Positions 28,126-38,484 of a stretch of DNA of 64,000 nt are shown here, one piece after another. Location: assembly GCA_963827685.1 (NCBI GenBank), contig CAWHBU010000005.1, forward strand, positions 160,001 through 224,000. The letters are read 5' to 3'. The notes below the pieces were generated by a model. That model was not told the origin of the DNA. It saw only the letters and a program-made list of their open reading frames with translations, and searched no databases. This stretch comes from an uncultured delta proteobacterium (GTDB lineage: Bacteria; Desulfobacterota; BSN033; UBA1163). Position 1 is the stretch's first letter, and every line of letters begins with the position of its first letter. The translations under genes were made by a program, and so were the position numbers.

Positions 28126-29280
28126 TCACTCTTTAAAAGCAGTCATGGGTTCCACCATCAACTCGCCTTTTTCGAAGCGCCCGATGGAAAGAGAGGAGAT
28201 GTTGATTGTATTCGCCCCTCCGTTTGCGATCAGCTCTGAGATCACTTTTCCCACTGCAGGGCTATGCTGAAATCCGTGTCCGCTAAAACCATTGGCGAGG
28301 ATAAATCCTTCTACCTCGGGAACCTTTCCGAGGATAGCATGGTGGTCCGGAGATATCTCATAAAGTCCTGCCCATCCCCGGGCAATACGAGCCTTTTCGA
28401 GAACCGGAACGCGGCAAATTGCATTCTCCGAAGTCTCGGCCATGGCTTCATAGTCGATATTGAGGTTAAAACTCGGCTCCAGGTCTAACGGGCCAGAGAG
28501 GAGCAATCCATCACCTTCCTGACGGAAATACCATCCCCGGTGAAAATCAATGGTCAGCGGAATAGGACGGTCGGTGAGATGGAAGGGGGCCGTAATAAAG
28601 ATTTGCCTTCTCAAAGGTTTGACAGGAATTTTGATACCTACCATTTCCCCTATGGAAGCAGCATAGGGTCCTGCTGCATTGATCACCACACGCGTGGAAA
28701 TCTCTTCGTCCTTTGTTTTGACACTACGAATCTTCCCTTTTGCTAATGAGATTCCCATGATCTCCATTCCTTCGTAGATTTTGACACCTGCCCTCTTCGC
28801 ACCACTGGCAAACCCGGAGAGAATTTCACTCGGGCCTGCATACCCATCCCAGGAGCATAATGTCCCTCCCAGGATATCGTCGATTCTCAAGCAGGGCCAG
28901 CACGACCTGATTTCATTAGGACTTAAGAATTCAACAGGAATATTAAATTTTTTCTGGAGCTTCATATTCTCCTTGAAGACTCCGATCTCTCTTTCAGTAG
29001 TCGCTAAAAAGAGATAGCCAATTCTTTTGAATTCTGGGTTGACTCCGAATTCCTCTTCGAATCGTTCGAAGGTCTTTAATGATTCGAGTGAGAAACGAAT
29101 ATTAATCTCTGTAGAAAATTGGACTCGAATGCCTCCCACACAGCGGCTGGTGGAACCTTCTCCCAATTGCCCCTTCTCGAAGAGGACAATCTTCCCTGGC
29201 CTTTTCAGGGCAAGATAGTAAGCAATGCTCAGGCCAACAATACCACCTCCGATAATAACTATGTCCGCTGTTTTTTCCAT
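28126..29280 (-). CDS. FAD-dependent oxidoreductase (DAO/sarcosine oxidase beta-like)
   Basis: IIGGGIVG, VINAAGPYA, GFSGHGFQHSPAVG. Confidence 0.88.
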   Translation of the reverse strand: MEKTADIVIIGGGIVGLSIAYYLALKRPGKIVLFEKGQLGEGSTSRCVGGIRVQFSTEINIRFSLESLKTFERFEEEFGVNPEFKRIGYLFLATTEREIGVFKENMKLQKKFNIPVEFLSPNEIRSCWPCLRIDDILGGTLCSWDGYAGPSEILSGFASGAKRAGVKIYEGMEIMGISLAKGKIRSVKTKDEEISTRVVINAAGPYAASIGEMVGIKIPVKPLRRQIFITAPFHLTDRPIPLTIDFHRGWYFRQEGDGLLLSGPLDLEPSFNLNIDYEAMAETSENAICRVPVLEKARIARGWAGLYEISPDHHAILGKVPEVEGFILANGFSGHGFQHSPAVGKVISELIANGGANTINISSLSIGRFEKGELMVEPMTAFKE

Positions 29281-29339
29281 GGGAGCCTACCATGAGGATA
29301 GAATATGGTAATCGGATTGAACCGCTTCGGTATTCCTTT

Positions 29340-30905
29340 TTAACGTTTCATCTTTCTTTTAACGATATTCAGCAAAAAAAGCATCTCCTCATTCTTCATC
29401 CAATAAGAGCAAGCCAAATAGATTCCGAGGCCGGCAATCATCCCTGCCCCCAGGAGAAATATCTTTTCGATCGTATTTCCGGAAACCGTCCAGTCTCTCA
29501 GAGAACAGATTGAATAAACCGTTAACCCCATGAGAAAACTGCATAAAAACATTTTAAGGAGCGCCTTAATGTTTTTTATGACATCGAACCCGCCTAATCG
29601 ACAATTCAATTTCCAATAGAGAAGAAAGAGGTTCAGCATGGAGGAGAGGCTGGTCGCCAGTGCCAGACCGGCATGTTTTAAAGGGTGTATGAAGATAAGG
29701 ATCAGGACGATATTGACCCCCAGGCAGATGAGACCGATCTTAAAAGGGGTCCACGTATCCTGGAGGGAATAAAAAGCCGGGGCAAGCACCCGGACCCCTC
29801 CGATTGCCCAGAGGCCGATGGAATAGCATAGAAGCGCTTTGGCCGTCATTTCAGTGGCAACATAATCGAACGCTCCCCTTTGCAGAAGCAGATTGAGAAT
29901 GGGAGTTTTCAACGAGATAAGACCCACCGCAGCAGGAATGCAAATAAATGAACCCAGCCGAAAGGCAAATGAGACCGTTTCTTTGAATTCTTCGGTCTTT
30001 CCCTGAGCAACCAGTGACGAAAAACTCGGGAGTGCAGCCGTTCCGATCGCAATCACGAATATTCCCAATGGAAATTCCATGAGCCGGTCCGCATAGTAGA
30101 GATAGGAAACGCTTCCATCGGCAAGAGACGTGGCAAACATCGTGTCGATAAGCACATTGATCTGGTAGACGGCGGTTCCGATCAATCCCGGAATCATCAG
30201 AAATCCGATTCGCTTAATGGCAGGATGCCTGAAATTGAGATCGAATCGGAAGCTGATCTTCTTTTTTATTAAAAAAGGGACCTGAAAGAAAAACTGAAGC
30301 ATTCCTCCCGCAAGAACACCCATGGCCAATGCCATGACCGGTTTTTGAAAATGATGATAGAATAAGAAGGCCGAGGCAATGATAGAGAGATTGAGGAAAA
30401 CGGTAGCAAACGCCGGTGCGAAGAAATGCCTGAGGGAGTTCAAAATTCCCATAGAGAGAGCAAATAACCCGATAAAAAACAGATACGGGAACATAATCCG
30501 GTTTAAGGTAACGGCCAGGTGAAATTTTTCTGAGGTTGGGGGCCATGTCCAGGCAAATATTTTGATCAAAATCGGAGAGAAGACAATTCCGAGAACTGTC
30601 AGAACGAGCAATAGCACTCCACCGATCGTAAAAGCGATATGTGTGACTTCCTGCGATTCCTTTTCTGTTCGCTGAGTGAGGTATTCTGTATAGACAGGGA
30701 TGAAAGAGACGGTCATTGACCCTTCTCCTACCAATCGTCTCCAGAGATTTGGAATTCGGAAGGCGACGAAAAAGGCGTCGGTTGCCATTCCTGCCCCGAA
30801 AAAGTAGGCAACCACCATATCCCTGAAGAAGCCTGAGATACGACTGAGGAGCGTTCCTGTCCCGATGAGCGTAGCTGCTTTCGTGATTTTATGGTTTTCA
30901 GACAT
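29340..30905 (-). CDS. murJ: Lipid II flippase
   Basis: LSRISGFFRD, AFRIPNLWRRLVGEG, LYYADRLMEFPLG; divergent from rpsT. Confidence 0.95.
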   Translation of the reverse strand: MSENHKITKAATLIGTGTLLSRISGFFRDMVVAYFFGAGMATDAFFVAFRIPNLWRRLVGEGSMTVSFIPVYTEYLTQRTEKESQEVTHIAFTIGGVLLLVLTVLGIVFSPILIKIFAWTWPPTSEKFHLAVTLNRIMFPYLFFIGLFALSMGILNSLRHFFAPAFATVFLNLSIIASAFLFYHHFQKPVMALAMGVLAGGMLQFFFQVPFLIKKKISFRFDLNFRHPAIKRIGFLMIPGLIGTAVYQINVLIDTMFATSLADGSVSYLYYADRLMEFPLGIFVIAIGTAALPSFSSLVAQGKTEEFKETVSFAFRLGSFICIPAAVGLISLKTPILNLLLQRGAFDYVATEMTAKALLCYSIGLWAIGGVRVLAPAFYSLQDTWTPFKIGLICLGVNIVLILIFIHPLKHAGLALATSLSSMLNLFLLYWKLNCRLGGFDVIKNIKALLKMFLCSFLMGLTVYSICSLRDWTVSGNTIEKIFLLGAGMIAGLGIYLACSYWMKNEEMLFLLNIVKRKMKR

Positions 30906-30974
30906 AATGCGTCACTTCAAAAGACCTTGACACAAGCTATACTAAAATGTTAAAAAAATCAATAATATCATTGC

Positions 30975-31045
30975 AGATTGAAGAATTTAGGGATTTAGGA
31001 ATTTTGAAATTCGCAATCCCTCAATTCCTGAATTCTTTAATTCAT
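30975..31045. repeat. Inverted phased 8-nt unit hairpin in rpsT leader
   Basis: ATT at 30977,85,93,31001,31009; AAT at 31015,23,31,39; ends ~8 nt before the AGGAGG RBS. Confidence 0.8.
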
Positions 31046-31066
31046 TAAGAAAAAGGAGGCGAAATT

Positions 31067-31354
31067 TTGGCAATCCATTTATCGGCGATTAAACGGGCAA
31101 GACAAAACGAAAAGAGAAGGCTTCGAAACCTCCACATCAGAACCACAGTGAAGTCCTCTGTGAAAAAAGTGAGGGCAGCCATTGAGAAAAAAGATGTTGA
31201 AGGGGCCCAAAAGGCTTTGTCGAAGACAATCCCTCTAATCCAGAAATCTCACTCCAAGGGTGTCTTTCATAAAAATACCACTGCCAGGAAAATATCCCGG
31301 CTCACCCGGGAAGTCGACGCCCTATCCGCAGAGCGCAAAGAGCATAGCGCATAG
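31067..31354 (+). CDS. rpsT: 30S ribosomal protein S20
   Basis: HLSAIKRARQNEKRRLRN, KGVFHKNTTARKISRL; AGGAGG RBS, TTG start. Confidence 0.95.
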   Translation: MAIHLSAIKRARQNEKRRLRNLHIRTTVKSSVKKVRAAIEKKDVEGAQKALSKTIPLIQKSHSKGVFHKNTTARKISRLTREVDALSAERKEHSA

Positions 31355-31359
31355 CGAAT

Positions 31360-32376
31360 TCACCGCGGACGGCAGAGGTCAATCACCAACTTCTCCATTA
31401 AAAGATCCTTGGGTCCCCGGCTCCTCTTAATAGCTAAGTCGGACTGATGACACTTTCGGATTCCTTCTTTAAGTGAAGCCTCAGAGAAATTCTTCCCTTG
31501 ATCCATCAATTTCCTTATATTCCACGGTGGCGTTCGCAGTTCTTTGGCCAGGTCCCCCATATCCTTATGACGAGAACTCATCTGTTTGATCACCAGCATA
31601 CTCCAATATTGCTTTGCCATCATGCCCAATAGTAGTGGAACAGGGTCCTTCTTTGAGGGCTCTTCGTCCTTTTTAAATGAAATAGCCCCTAAATCCATAG
31701 CCTTTTCTAAAATTCCGAGGGCTTTCTCCAAGTTTTGATGACCAATCGCATCGGTTAAATCGAAGACCGTGCTCACCTTGACCTCTGAGGTAACTTCTTC
31801 CATGTCGGAAAGCTCGATGTTCCGTTTCTCTCCAACACTCAAAAAGACCTTCTCCAGTGCGTTGTCGAGATCGTATAGGTGATCTCCCACTACCTCAACC
31901 AAATAGTCTGCAGACTCATCCGAAAGCGTTTTCCCCTTTTCCTTCATCCTATTCTTCATCCAGGAAACTAACGCCCTGCCCTTTAATCGTGTATATTCAG
32001 TCACGTTCCCTTCTTTTTCGATCTCTTTCCGATGTACCTTCCAGGGGCCTATCGTCTGACCATAGAGAACGAGGCAGGTAGAGAGGGAAGGTCTTTTTAT
32101 ATATTCCATCAATGCTTCCACCTTCTCCTCATCCATGCGATCAGCTTCGCGGACGAGAACAAATCGATACGGAGAAAGCATCGGGAGCGTCTGTGCGGCC
32201 CGGACGATCTCCTGGCCGCTGTGTTCTTCTCCGTCAAAAAGATGGAAGTTAAATCCTCTTTCTTTTGGAGAAAGTGTTTGATTTAAAAGTTTCTGAATTT
32301 CCTCTTCGATGAGGTAGTCCTCAGGCCCGAATAGAAAATAGACCGTGTAAATGTCTGAGGTTGCTTTGGCTTTCAT
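31360..32376 (-). CDS. holA: DNA polymerase III delta subunit
   Basis: YFLFGPEDYL, AQTLPML, VFDLTDAI; conserved position next to rpsT. Confidence 0.9.
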   Translation of the reverse strand: MKAKATSDIYTVYFLFGPEDYLIEEEIQKLLNQTLSPKERGFNFHLFDGEEHSGQEIVRAAQTLPMLSPYRFVLVREADRMDEEKVEALMEYIKRPSLSTCLVLYGQTIGPWKVHRKEIEKEGNVTEYTRLKGRALVSWMKNRMKEKGKTLSDESADYLVEVVGDHLYDLDNALEKVFLSVGEKRNIELSDMEEVTSEVKVSTVFDLTDAIGHQNLEKALGILEKAMDLGAISFKKDEEPSKKDPVPLLLGMMAKQYWSMLVIKQMSSRHKDMGDLAKELRTPPWNIRKLMDQGKNFSEASLKEGIRKCHQSDLAIKRSRGPKDLLMEKLVIDLCRPR

Positions 32377-32385
32377 TCTATAACG

Positions 32386-35300
32386 TCATTCCTTTTTAAA
32401 TTCGATTATCTCTTTTTCTATTTCGGGATAGATATTATCAATCTCTTTTTGGATTTCTATCGTCTTGGCCAATGCAGTGACAACTTTGCAGTAGTGCTTG
32501 ATGTCATCCAGTGATAAGATTCGTCCTTCTTTTCTTCGGTCTTTCAACCACTTGTCACAAACCCGATAACCGCCGATTTGATATTGCCAGACCTCAGGTA
32601 AAATGCCTTCAAAATACTGGTCATTATTTATATAGACTTTTCCTTTCCAATATTTAACCTTTTCAACCTTGTTGCCTCCTTTGCCCTGAAATCTTGCAAC
32701 CGGTGAATCAACTTCCGCCGATTTAAGCAGGTGCAAGTCAACAAGCCTGTTTCCGTATTCGGACATATTCCTGAACAGTTTATAGTCCTTTGTAAACGGA
32801 ACCCTCGGAAAGTCTATCTTCAGAAACTCTGCATATTTCCCCCTGTATGTCTTGGAATAAAGAACAGCGTAGATGTAACTGAAGATTTCTTCAGGGATGA
32901 CTTCTTCTCTATAGGTTTTAAATAAGGACTTGAAGATGTCAGGTTTAATGTTTGGCTCTCTAACCTCCCCCTTGGCGTGAAACAAGCCTTTCCCTTCTTG
33001 TGGCGGATATACGTATAAAGGGAAAACATAAGACTGGATTGTTGACTCACCACATTTCATTTCGACAAGGGTATCACAACAGAAGAAATGATTTACAATT
33101 AATGCCTTGGTGTTCCTTGCAGATATTAAACCAAAATTATCTTTAAGGAAATGGCGCATCATTTCTTGTCTTGCATCACCTCTCGCAATAAGATTTGGCT
33201 GATAGTAAATCCATCTTATATCAAAAGGGCGATACGAAAATCTATGGAATTGGTTTCTCCAATTTTCATTGCTGCGAACCTTGTCTCTCTCTCGTGCAGT
33301 ATTCCAATGGTCACCGTCTTTCAGATGATAAGTTGTGCTGAACAACTCGTCATCCAACTTGGTCTCCCTCATGGTCTGGATTCTTCTTTCCAAGACTTTT
33401 TTATCAATATCTGTTAGGAAGTGGTCACGCCTGGTCTTTACGCCGCTCGAAAAGACATTAAACACTTTTGTGGTAGAAACGAACGTGTCATATATGCTCC
33501 GCAACGAGAAATCCTTTTCATCAAAGAAGTAATGGGGTTCTGTTGGTTTTAGTTTTTTCCATTTTGTTGTCTGGGAGTCAGAAGCGTTTAAATAGCTGTA
33601 TTTAGTTTCTCTTAAGCCGTACACATCCTGATAAAAGACCCTGCATTCTTTCACATGTTTCTCTCTTTTGATGAACAATGCTATAGACACGCCCTGTTGA
33701 ATGTCAAAGACATTTTCATCCTTGCTCCCATCAGGAGACTTTTCACCGAACCGGCTACTCCCATGAAGATTTAGGACGTATATTTCATCGAAACTCTCAA
33801 ATAATTTCTTCCTCATTCCTCTATGGATTAACCCTGAAAGGTATGAGTTATTAGTTATTATTCCTATAATGCCCTTGCCCTCACGGTCAATCTTCCAGTG
33901 GGCAAACCGGATAAACTTTATGTAGTCATCCGAAAGGGGCTGTATGTTTTTTTCTTTAAGGACATCTTCTTTATAGACTTGCATTTCATGTTCTATGAAC
34001 TCAGACTTGTTGACAGAAATTTTGGAATATGGGGGATTGCCTAATATCACCAATATAGGCTGTTCTTTCTTGACCTTTCCTGCAAGGTGTGATTCTTCGG
34101 ACAGGGAAGCCATTCCCGGTAGTTCTGTCTGCGCAAGTTCCTCCATCTCAAGCGTATTCGTAAGGTATAATTTAACCCTGTCATCCTTCTGCAATCTGTA
34201 TCCTAATTCTTCCAACAGGAAGGACATCTTTAAATGACCTACTGCATACGGAGCCATCATCAATTCAAAGGCGTAAAAGTTTCTCAGGATATGGTCTGTT
34301 ATGAAATTCTCTCTGCCGCCCTCTCCGTATTTCGATACAAATTCACCGACAGCCAGTTTAGCCGTCTCTGCCAAAAAGGTAAGCGTCCCAGCAGCAGGGT
34401 CTAGGACCGTGACATTTTTGTCTGCGAAGCCGTCCGGTTTCCTGAATTGTTCCTTCAAGATACTGTGCAATGACCGGACGATATAAGAAACCACCGGTTC
34501 GGGAGTGTAATATACGCCCCTCATCTCCCTTGTTTGGGGGTCATATTCAGATAGGAAGGTTTCATAGAAATGAACGATAGGGTCTTTTCCTTTACCCTCA
34601 TGGAAATATTGATGCAACAGATTGTTCGCGTCCGTAACAGATAGGACTTCGGATATATCATCAATAATCCATTCCATCTGTTGAGGGAGTGACCCTAAAG
34701 AAACAAACTGAAAAACATCTCTCAGGATACCGATCGTCTGAGGGATATTGTCATAGGCAAGTTTTCGGTTAAATCCGTTCTTGGACCGTATCCTTGCTGC
34801 AAATAGTCCATAGGTGATGGTCTGCGCATAAAGGTCTGAAAATTCATTCTCTGTAAGACTGTTGATTAAGTAATCTTTGAAAGCCTTGTAAAAGCCCCTG
34901 ATAAATCCTTTGCCTGTCTGTTCTTCTTCCCTGAGTTCCTGCGCTATAACCTCATCCTTCAAGAAGCGTGTTCTTTTGGCAAGTTCTATTGCAAGGGTCT
35001 TTGCATCATATACTTTTGGGAAAGAGAAGGAGAAGAATTTCTCAAGTAATTTGGCAAAATCAGATTCATTTTCAACTTGGGGGATGGTTTTAAGTTTATG
35101 CAACATAAAAGGTCTGGCAATGGATACTTTGTCGAACAAGGTTCCATTGCGATAAAGCCTAAATTCAAAAAAGTTGGTTAATATCAAGTTAGGAAAGATA
35201 TGAAGATACCGTTTTAATTGGTCGGTTGTTTCTATTAGGTCTAAATATTCAATTGTGGGTGCTTTGGCTTCAATATAACCAACGATGTGTTGTTTTCCGT

Positions 35301-35499
35301 CCCATATTCTAAAATCGGGGTTACCGGCTTCTGTTTTTTTAGGGAGCGTCGTAATATGAAATTTCTTTTTTTCAATAGAATCTCCATAAGTCTTTAAAAG
35401 GTCTTCTAACGTTGAATAATAACTAACTTCCGTAGCATCGCCAGTCTTGCTGACTTCAAATATTTTCTTCAAGTAAGATTTCAGCATATGTTCGGACAT
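32386..35499 (-). CDS. Single-chain restriction-modification enzyme (N6-adenine MTase with PD-(D/E)xK domain and Type ISP-like C-terminal TRD)
   Basis: NPDF...YIEAK nuclease motif; GVYYTP, LDPAAGT (motif I), GNPPY (motif IV); YRPFD and IGGY...KWLKDR C-terminal motifs; no helicase motifs seen. Confidence 0.85.
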   Translation of the reverse strand: MSEHMLKSYLKKIFEVSKTGDATEVSYYSTLEDLLKTYGDSIEKKKFHITTLPKKTEAGNPDFRIWDGKQHIVGYIEAKAPTIEYLDLIETTDQLKRYLHIFPNLILTNFFEFRLYRNGTLFDKVSIARPFMLHKLKTIPQVENESDFAKLLEKFFSFSFPKVYDAKTLAIELAKRTRFLKDEVIAQELREEEQTGKGFIRGFYKAFKDYLINSLTENEFSDLYAQTITYGLFAARIRSKNGFNRKLAYDNIPQTIGILRDVFQFVSLGSLPQQMEWIIDDISEVLSVTDANNLLHQYFHEGKGKDPIVHFYETFLSEYDPQTREMRGVYYTPEPVVSYIVRSLHSILKEQFRKPDGFADKNVTVLDPAAGTLTFLAETAKLAVGEFVSKYGEGGRENFITDHILRNFYAFELMMAPYAVGHLKMSFLLEELGYRLQKDDRVKLYLTNTLEMEELAQTELPGMASLSEESHLAGKVKKEQPILVILGNPPYSKISVNKSEFIEHEMQVYKEDVLKEKNIQPLSDDYIKFIRFAHWKIDREGKGIIGIITNNSYLSGLIHRGMRKKLFESFDEIYVLNLHGSSRFGEKSPDGSKDENVFDIQQGVSIALFIKREKHVKECRVFYQDVYGLRETKYSYLNASDSQTTKWKKLKPTEPHYFFDEKDFSLRSIYDTFVSTTKVFNVFSSGVKTRRDHFLTDIDKKVLERRIQTMRETKLDDELFSTTYHLKDGDHWNTARERDKVRSNENWRNQFHRFSYRPFDIRWIYYQPNLIARGDARQEMMRHFLKDNFGLISARNTKALIVNHFFCCDTLVEMKCGESTIQSYVFPLYVYPPQEGKGLFHAKGEVREPNIKPDIFKSLFKTYREEVIPEEIFSYIYAVLYSKTYRGKYAEFLKIDFPRVPFTKDYKLFRNMSEYGNRLVDLHLLKSAEVDSPVARFQGKGGNKVEKVKYWKGKVYINNDQYFEGILPEVWQYQIGGYRVCDKWLKDRRKEGRILSLDDIKHYCKVVTALAKTIEIQKEIDNIYPEIEKEIIEFKKE

Positions 35500-35621
35500 C
35501 TTTGACCACTTTCCGTTAAATAGAGGACCTCTAAAACCTACTTCATGCGCTCAGATTATAACTTATGGGGGTATATGTCAAACGCAACCTGGGCTGGGCT
35601 TGATTAACAATCCTCTTCAGT

Positions 35622-36785
35622 TCATGGTCTTTTCTTACTCCCCTCATAGAGGTCATACTCCAACAATCTACACTCGATGGGGCCGTTGTAAAAAGGAATT
35701 CTTCTTTTTGTCCTTAACCCTACTTTTTTTGCCAGGTCGAGATTACCGGTAAATACGTACCCCGTATACCCATTACATTTCTTTTTAAAGAAATCCCCAA
35801 TCCCTTTGTAATTCTCCTTTAACTTTTCCATTTCCCCCAGCCGCTCACCATATTCTGGGTTCAGGACAACCACTCCTCCCCCACCCGGGACAGGCGTTTC
35901 CGAAAAGTCACATACACCAAACTCAATGAAACGATTCACACCTGCTGTCGTCGCATTCCTCTTTCCTGCCTCAACAGCCTGCTGACTGATATCCGTGGCA
36001 ATAATCCTTCCATTCAACTTTTCCTTCGCCTCTGCTCTTATTTTCCTGCGGAGAGCTTTCCATGAAGATTCATCAAACCCTTTCAAATGCATAAAACCAT
36101 AATTGCTCCTCAATAAGCCTGGAGCCCTACCAAGAGCGATCAATGCGGCCTCGATGGCAAGCGTTCCACTGCCGCACATCGGATTGACAAAATTCCCATT
36201 GCCCATCCATCCAGTTGCCAGGACAACAGCCGCCGAGAGGGTCTCCTGCATCGGCGCCCTGAGAGGGATCATTCTGTACCCACGCCTGGAGAGAGGTTCT
36301 CCGGACGCATCGAGAAAAACTTGACAAAGATTACTCCTCCAGTAGAGATGAATCACAACCCTGTCTCTTTCAGAACCGGTATCAGGTCTGCGCCCACGCT
36401 TTTCTTTAATCCTGTCCACCACGGCATCCTTGCATTTCACATTTGCAAACCTTGAATCCTTAATAGTCGGGTTGTGAACAGAAGAGGTGACAGAAAAATA
36501 ACTATCCTCTGAAATAAAATCTTCCCAACTGATTCGTGATATCCTTTTATAAAGATCGTCAGGAGTCTTCGCATTGAATGACTCGAGAAGAAAAAGAAGT
36601 CGCTGTCCTGTTCGGATCAGCAGGTTGAGTCTTAATGTGTCCTCCATCGTCCCTTCCGTCTCGACCTCTGCCTTTCCCTCTGATAAGACTGGAAACCCTA
36701 AGGAAAGAATCTCCTGCTTTAGAAAGGGCGAAACTCCCTTAGCACAAGTAATGACGATCCTGCTCTTTTTTGACCAAAAAGACAT
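35622..36785 (-). CDS. THUMP-domain RNA methyltransferase (RlmL-like)
   Basis: LSRRGYR...APMQETL, NPMCGSGTLAIEAA, NPEYGERL, FYNGPIECRL. Confidence 0.88.
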   Translation of the reverse strand: MSFWSKKSRIVITCAKGVSPFLKQEILSLGFPVLSEGKAEVETEGTMEDTLRLNLLIRTGQRLLFLLESFNAKTPDDLYKRISRISWEDFISEDSYFSVTSSVHNPTIKDSRFANVKCKDAVVDRIKEKRGRRPDTGSERDRVVIHLYWRSNLCQVFLDASGEPLSRRGYRMIPLRAPMQETLSAAVVLATGWMGNGNFVNPMCGSGTLAIEAALIALGRAPGLLRSNYGFMHLKGFDESSWKALRRKIRAEAKEKLNGRIIATDISQQAVEAGKRNATTAGVNRFIEFGVCDFSETPVPGGGGVVVLNPEYGERLGEMEKLKENYKGIGDFFKKKCNGYTGYVFTGNLDLAKKVGLRTKRRIPFYNGPIECRLLEYDLYEGSKKRP

Positions 36786-36848
36786 AGGGATCTCGATATA
36801 CCCAAATATTCTATGAATTCGGAATGCAAGGGTTCAAAGAAATGCAAA

Positions 36849-36914
36849 TTGCTTATTATTATAAGCAAAAAAATATTTATTTCAATTGCCATTTGTTATA
36901 TAAATTGGTAAAAT
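36849..36914 (+). promoter_or_regulatory. Operator-like palindrome plus sigma70 promoter for small-protein/NTase pair
   Basis: TTGCTTAT-tatt-ATAAGCAA (36849-68); TTGCCA-17-TAAAAT with TGn extension (36886-36914), 8 nt before ATG 36923. Confidence 0.55.
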
Positions 36915-36922
36915 TTAACATA

Positions 36923-37117
36923 ATGAAAAAGGATCCGCATATCCTTAAATTATCTTCGGACGATGAGAAAAAGGAGCTTGAGTTCGAACTCGACTACCTC
37001 TCCTCATTGACCTTTGAAGAGCGGCTCAAGATGATGAGAGAAAAATCAAGAGAAATGTTAAAGCAAATGATTGATCATGGACATCGAAGAGCTGTTGAAA
37101 TCATTAAACGCCCATAA
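36923..37117 (+). CDS. Small helical protein (64 aa), partner of downstream nucleotidyltransferase
   Basis: MKKDPHILKL...SLTFEERLKMM; overlaps NTase start; start moved to ATG 36923. Confidence 0.6.
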   Translation: MKKDPHILKLSSDDEKKELEFELDYLSSLTFEERLKMMREKSREMLKQMIDHGHRRAVEIIKRP

Positions 37118-37523
37118 TGTTGAATTTGTCATCATCGGAGCAACCGCTTTTCCCATCCATGGATATGCGAGGGCAACCCTTGATATTGATATTTTTATCC
37201 ACCCCGAACTTGAGAATGCGGGCCGCACACTCGATGCCCTTCGAGATTTTGGCTATGACACGGCTGAGATCACTGTCGAAGATTTATTGACACGGAAAGT
37301 ATTGATTCGCCAATATCTGGTAGAGACAGATATCCATCCTTTTGTCACTGGAATCACATTCGATCAAGTATGGAAAAACCGGATTCCCGGAACTTTTGGG
37401 AAGGAAAAAGCTTACTATGCCTCTTTGGATGACCTCATCGTGATGAAGGAATCTGCCGGGAGACCAAAGGATCTCGAAGATCTTAAAGTCCTAAAAATCC
37501 TCAAAGAGAAGAGAAATAAATAA
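37077..37523 (+). CDS. Nucleotidyltransferase-fold protein
   Basis: IIGATAF...RATLDIDI (G-x(n)-DxD) and MKESAGRPKDLED. Confidence 0.8.
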   Translation: MDIEELLKSLNAHNVEFVIIGATAFPIHGYARATLDIDIFIHPELENAGRTLDALRDFGYDTAEITVEDLLTRKVLIRQYLVETDIHPFVTGITFDQVWKNRIPGTFGKEKAYYASLDDLIVMKESAGRPKDLEDLKVLKILKEKRNK

Positions 37524-37556
37524 AAAACAAGAGATTCCTTCTTCTCTGCCACTTTT

Positions 37557-38480
37557 TTAAAGTTCTTCAGGGGTAAAAGCCACCACTTCATCAATCATCT
37601 CGGCATCCCCAAAAACCATGACCAGCCGATCCACCCCGAGTGCGATGCCAGCCGATGGAGGCATATTGTCTAATTCGGCTAAGAATTTATCGGGCATCGG
37701 ATAGATGCATTTGCCAAGGCATTGGCGATTTTCATTTTCTACGTGAAAACGCTTTCTTTGCTCTTTTGAATCAACCAATTCCGAAAAACCATTAGCCAGC
37801 TCCAAACCACCGATATAAAGTTCAAAACGTTCTGCAACAGTTTGATCTTCCCGCTTCAGCCGGGCGAGTGCTCCACGCTGAGCAGGGTAATCATAAATAA
37901 ATGTCGGTTTTTCTACTCCTAGTCTCGGCTCAATGTCCTGAACCATGATTTCATCAAAAAGGTTTCGCTCCAGTGCTTCAGTCACGGAGGTCTGGGTGTA
38001 ACCATGAAATGCCTCCTTGACAGAAATTCTTTCCCATGGCTCGGACAGATCAATCTTATGACCACGGAAAACGATATCTTGCCCCAAACCAACAGCCCTG
38101 TCCACGGATCGGATCAATTCCTCACATTCCTCCATCAAAGAACGGTAGTCACCACCTGCTCTATACCACTCCAGAAGAGTAAATTCAGGGAGGTGCAGGC
38201 TCCCTCGCTCTCTTTCTCTCCAGCACCGGCAGATTTGAAAGATCTTCCCATATCCTGCTGCCATCATACGTTTCATACAAATTTCGGGAGAGGTGTGAAG
38301 GAACCATGTATCGGAGGGAACGGCATCAATATGAGATTCTGGTGCAGGGGTGGCAATTCGGTGGGGGGTCTCTACTTCCAGATAGCCTTTTTCAATAAAA
38401 AACTGCCTGATCCCCTGTAGGACACGTGCCCTTTGTTGAAGGTTTTCTTTGCGTCTTGCAAGTGGCCAGTTTTTCGCCAC
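37557..38480 (-). CDS. epmA: EF-P lysine aminoacylase (EpmA/GenX)
   Basis: LysRS catalytic domain only: LHTSPE, HLPEFTLLEWY, ERFELY, ELANGFSEL, GIALGVDRL; follows efp. Confidence 0.92.
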   Translation of the reverse strand: MAKNWPLARRKENLQQRARVLQGIRQFFIEKGYLEVETPHRIATPAPESHIDAVPSDTWFLHTSPEICMKRMMAAGYGKIFQICRCWRERERGSLHLPEFTLLEWYRAGGDYRSLMEECEELIRSVDRAVGLGQDIVFRGHKIDLSEPWERISVKEAFHGYTQTSVTEALERNLFDEIMVQDIEPRLGVEKPTFIYDYPAQRGALARLKREDQTVAERFELYIGGLELANGFSELVDSKEQRKRFHVENENRQCLGKCIYPMPDKFLAELDNMPPSAGIALGVDRLVMVFGDAEMIDEVVAFTPEEL

Positions 38481-38484
38481 GAAC

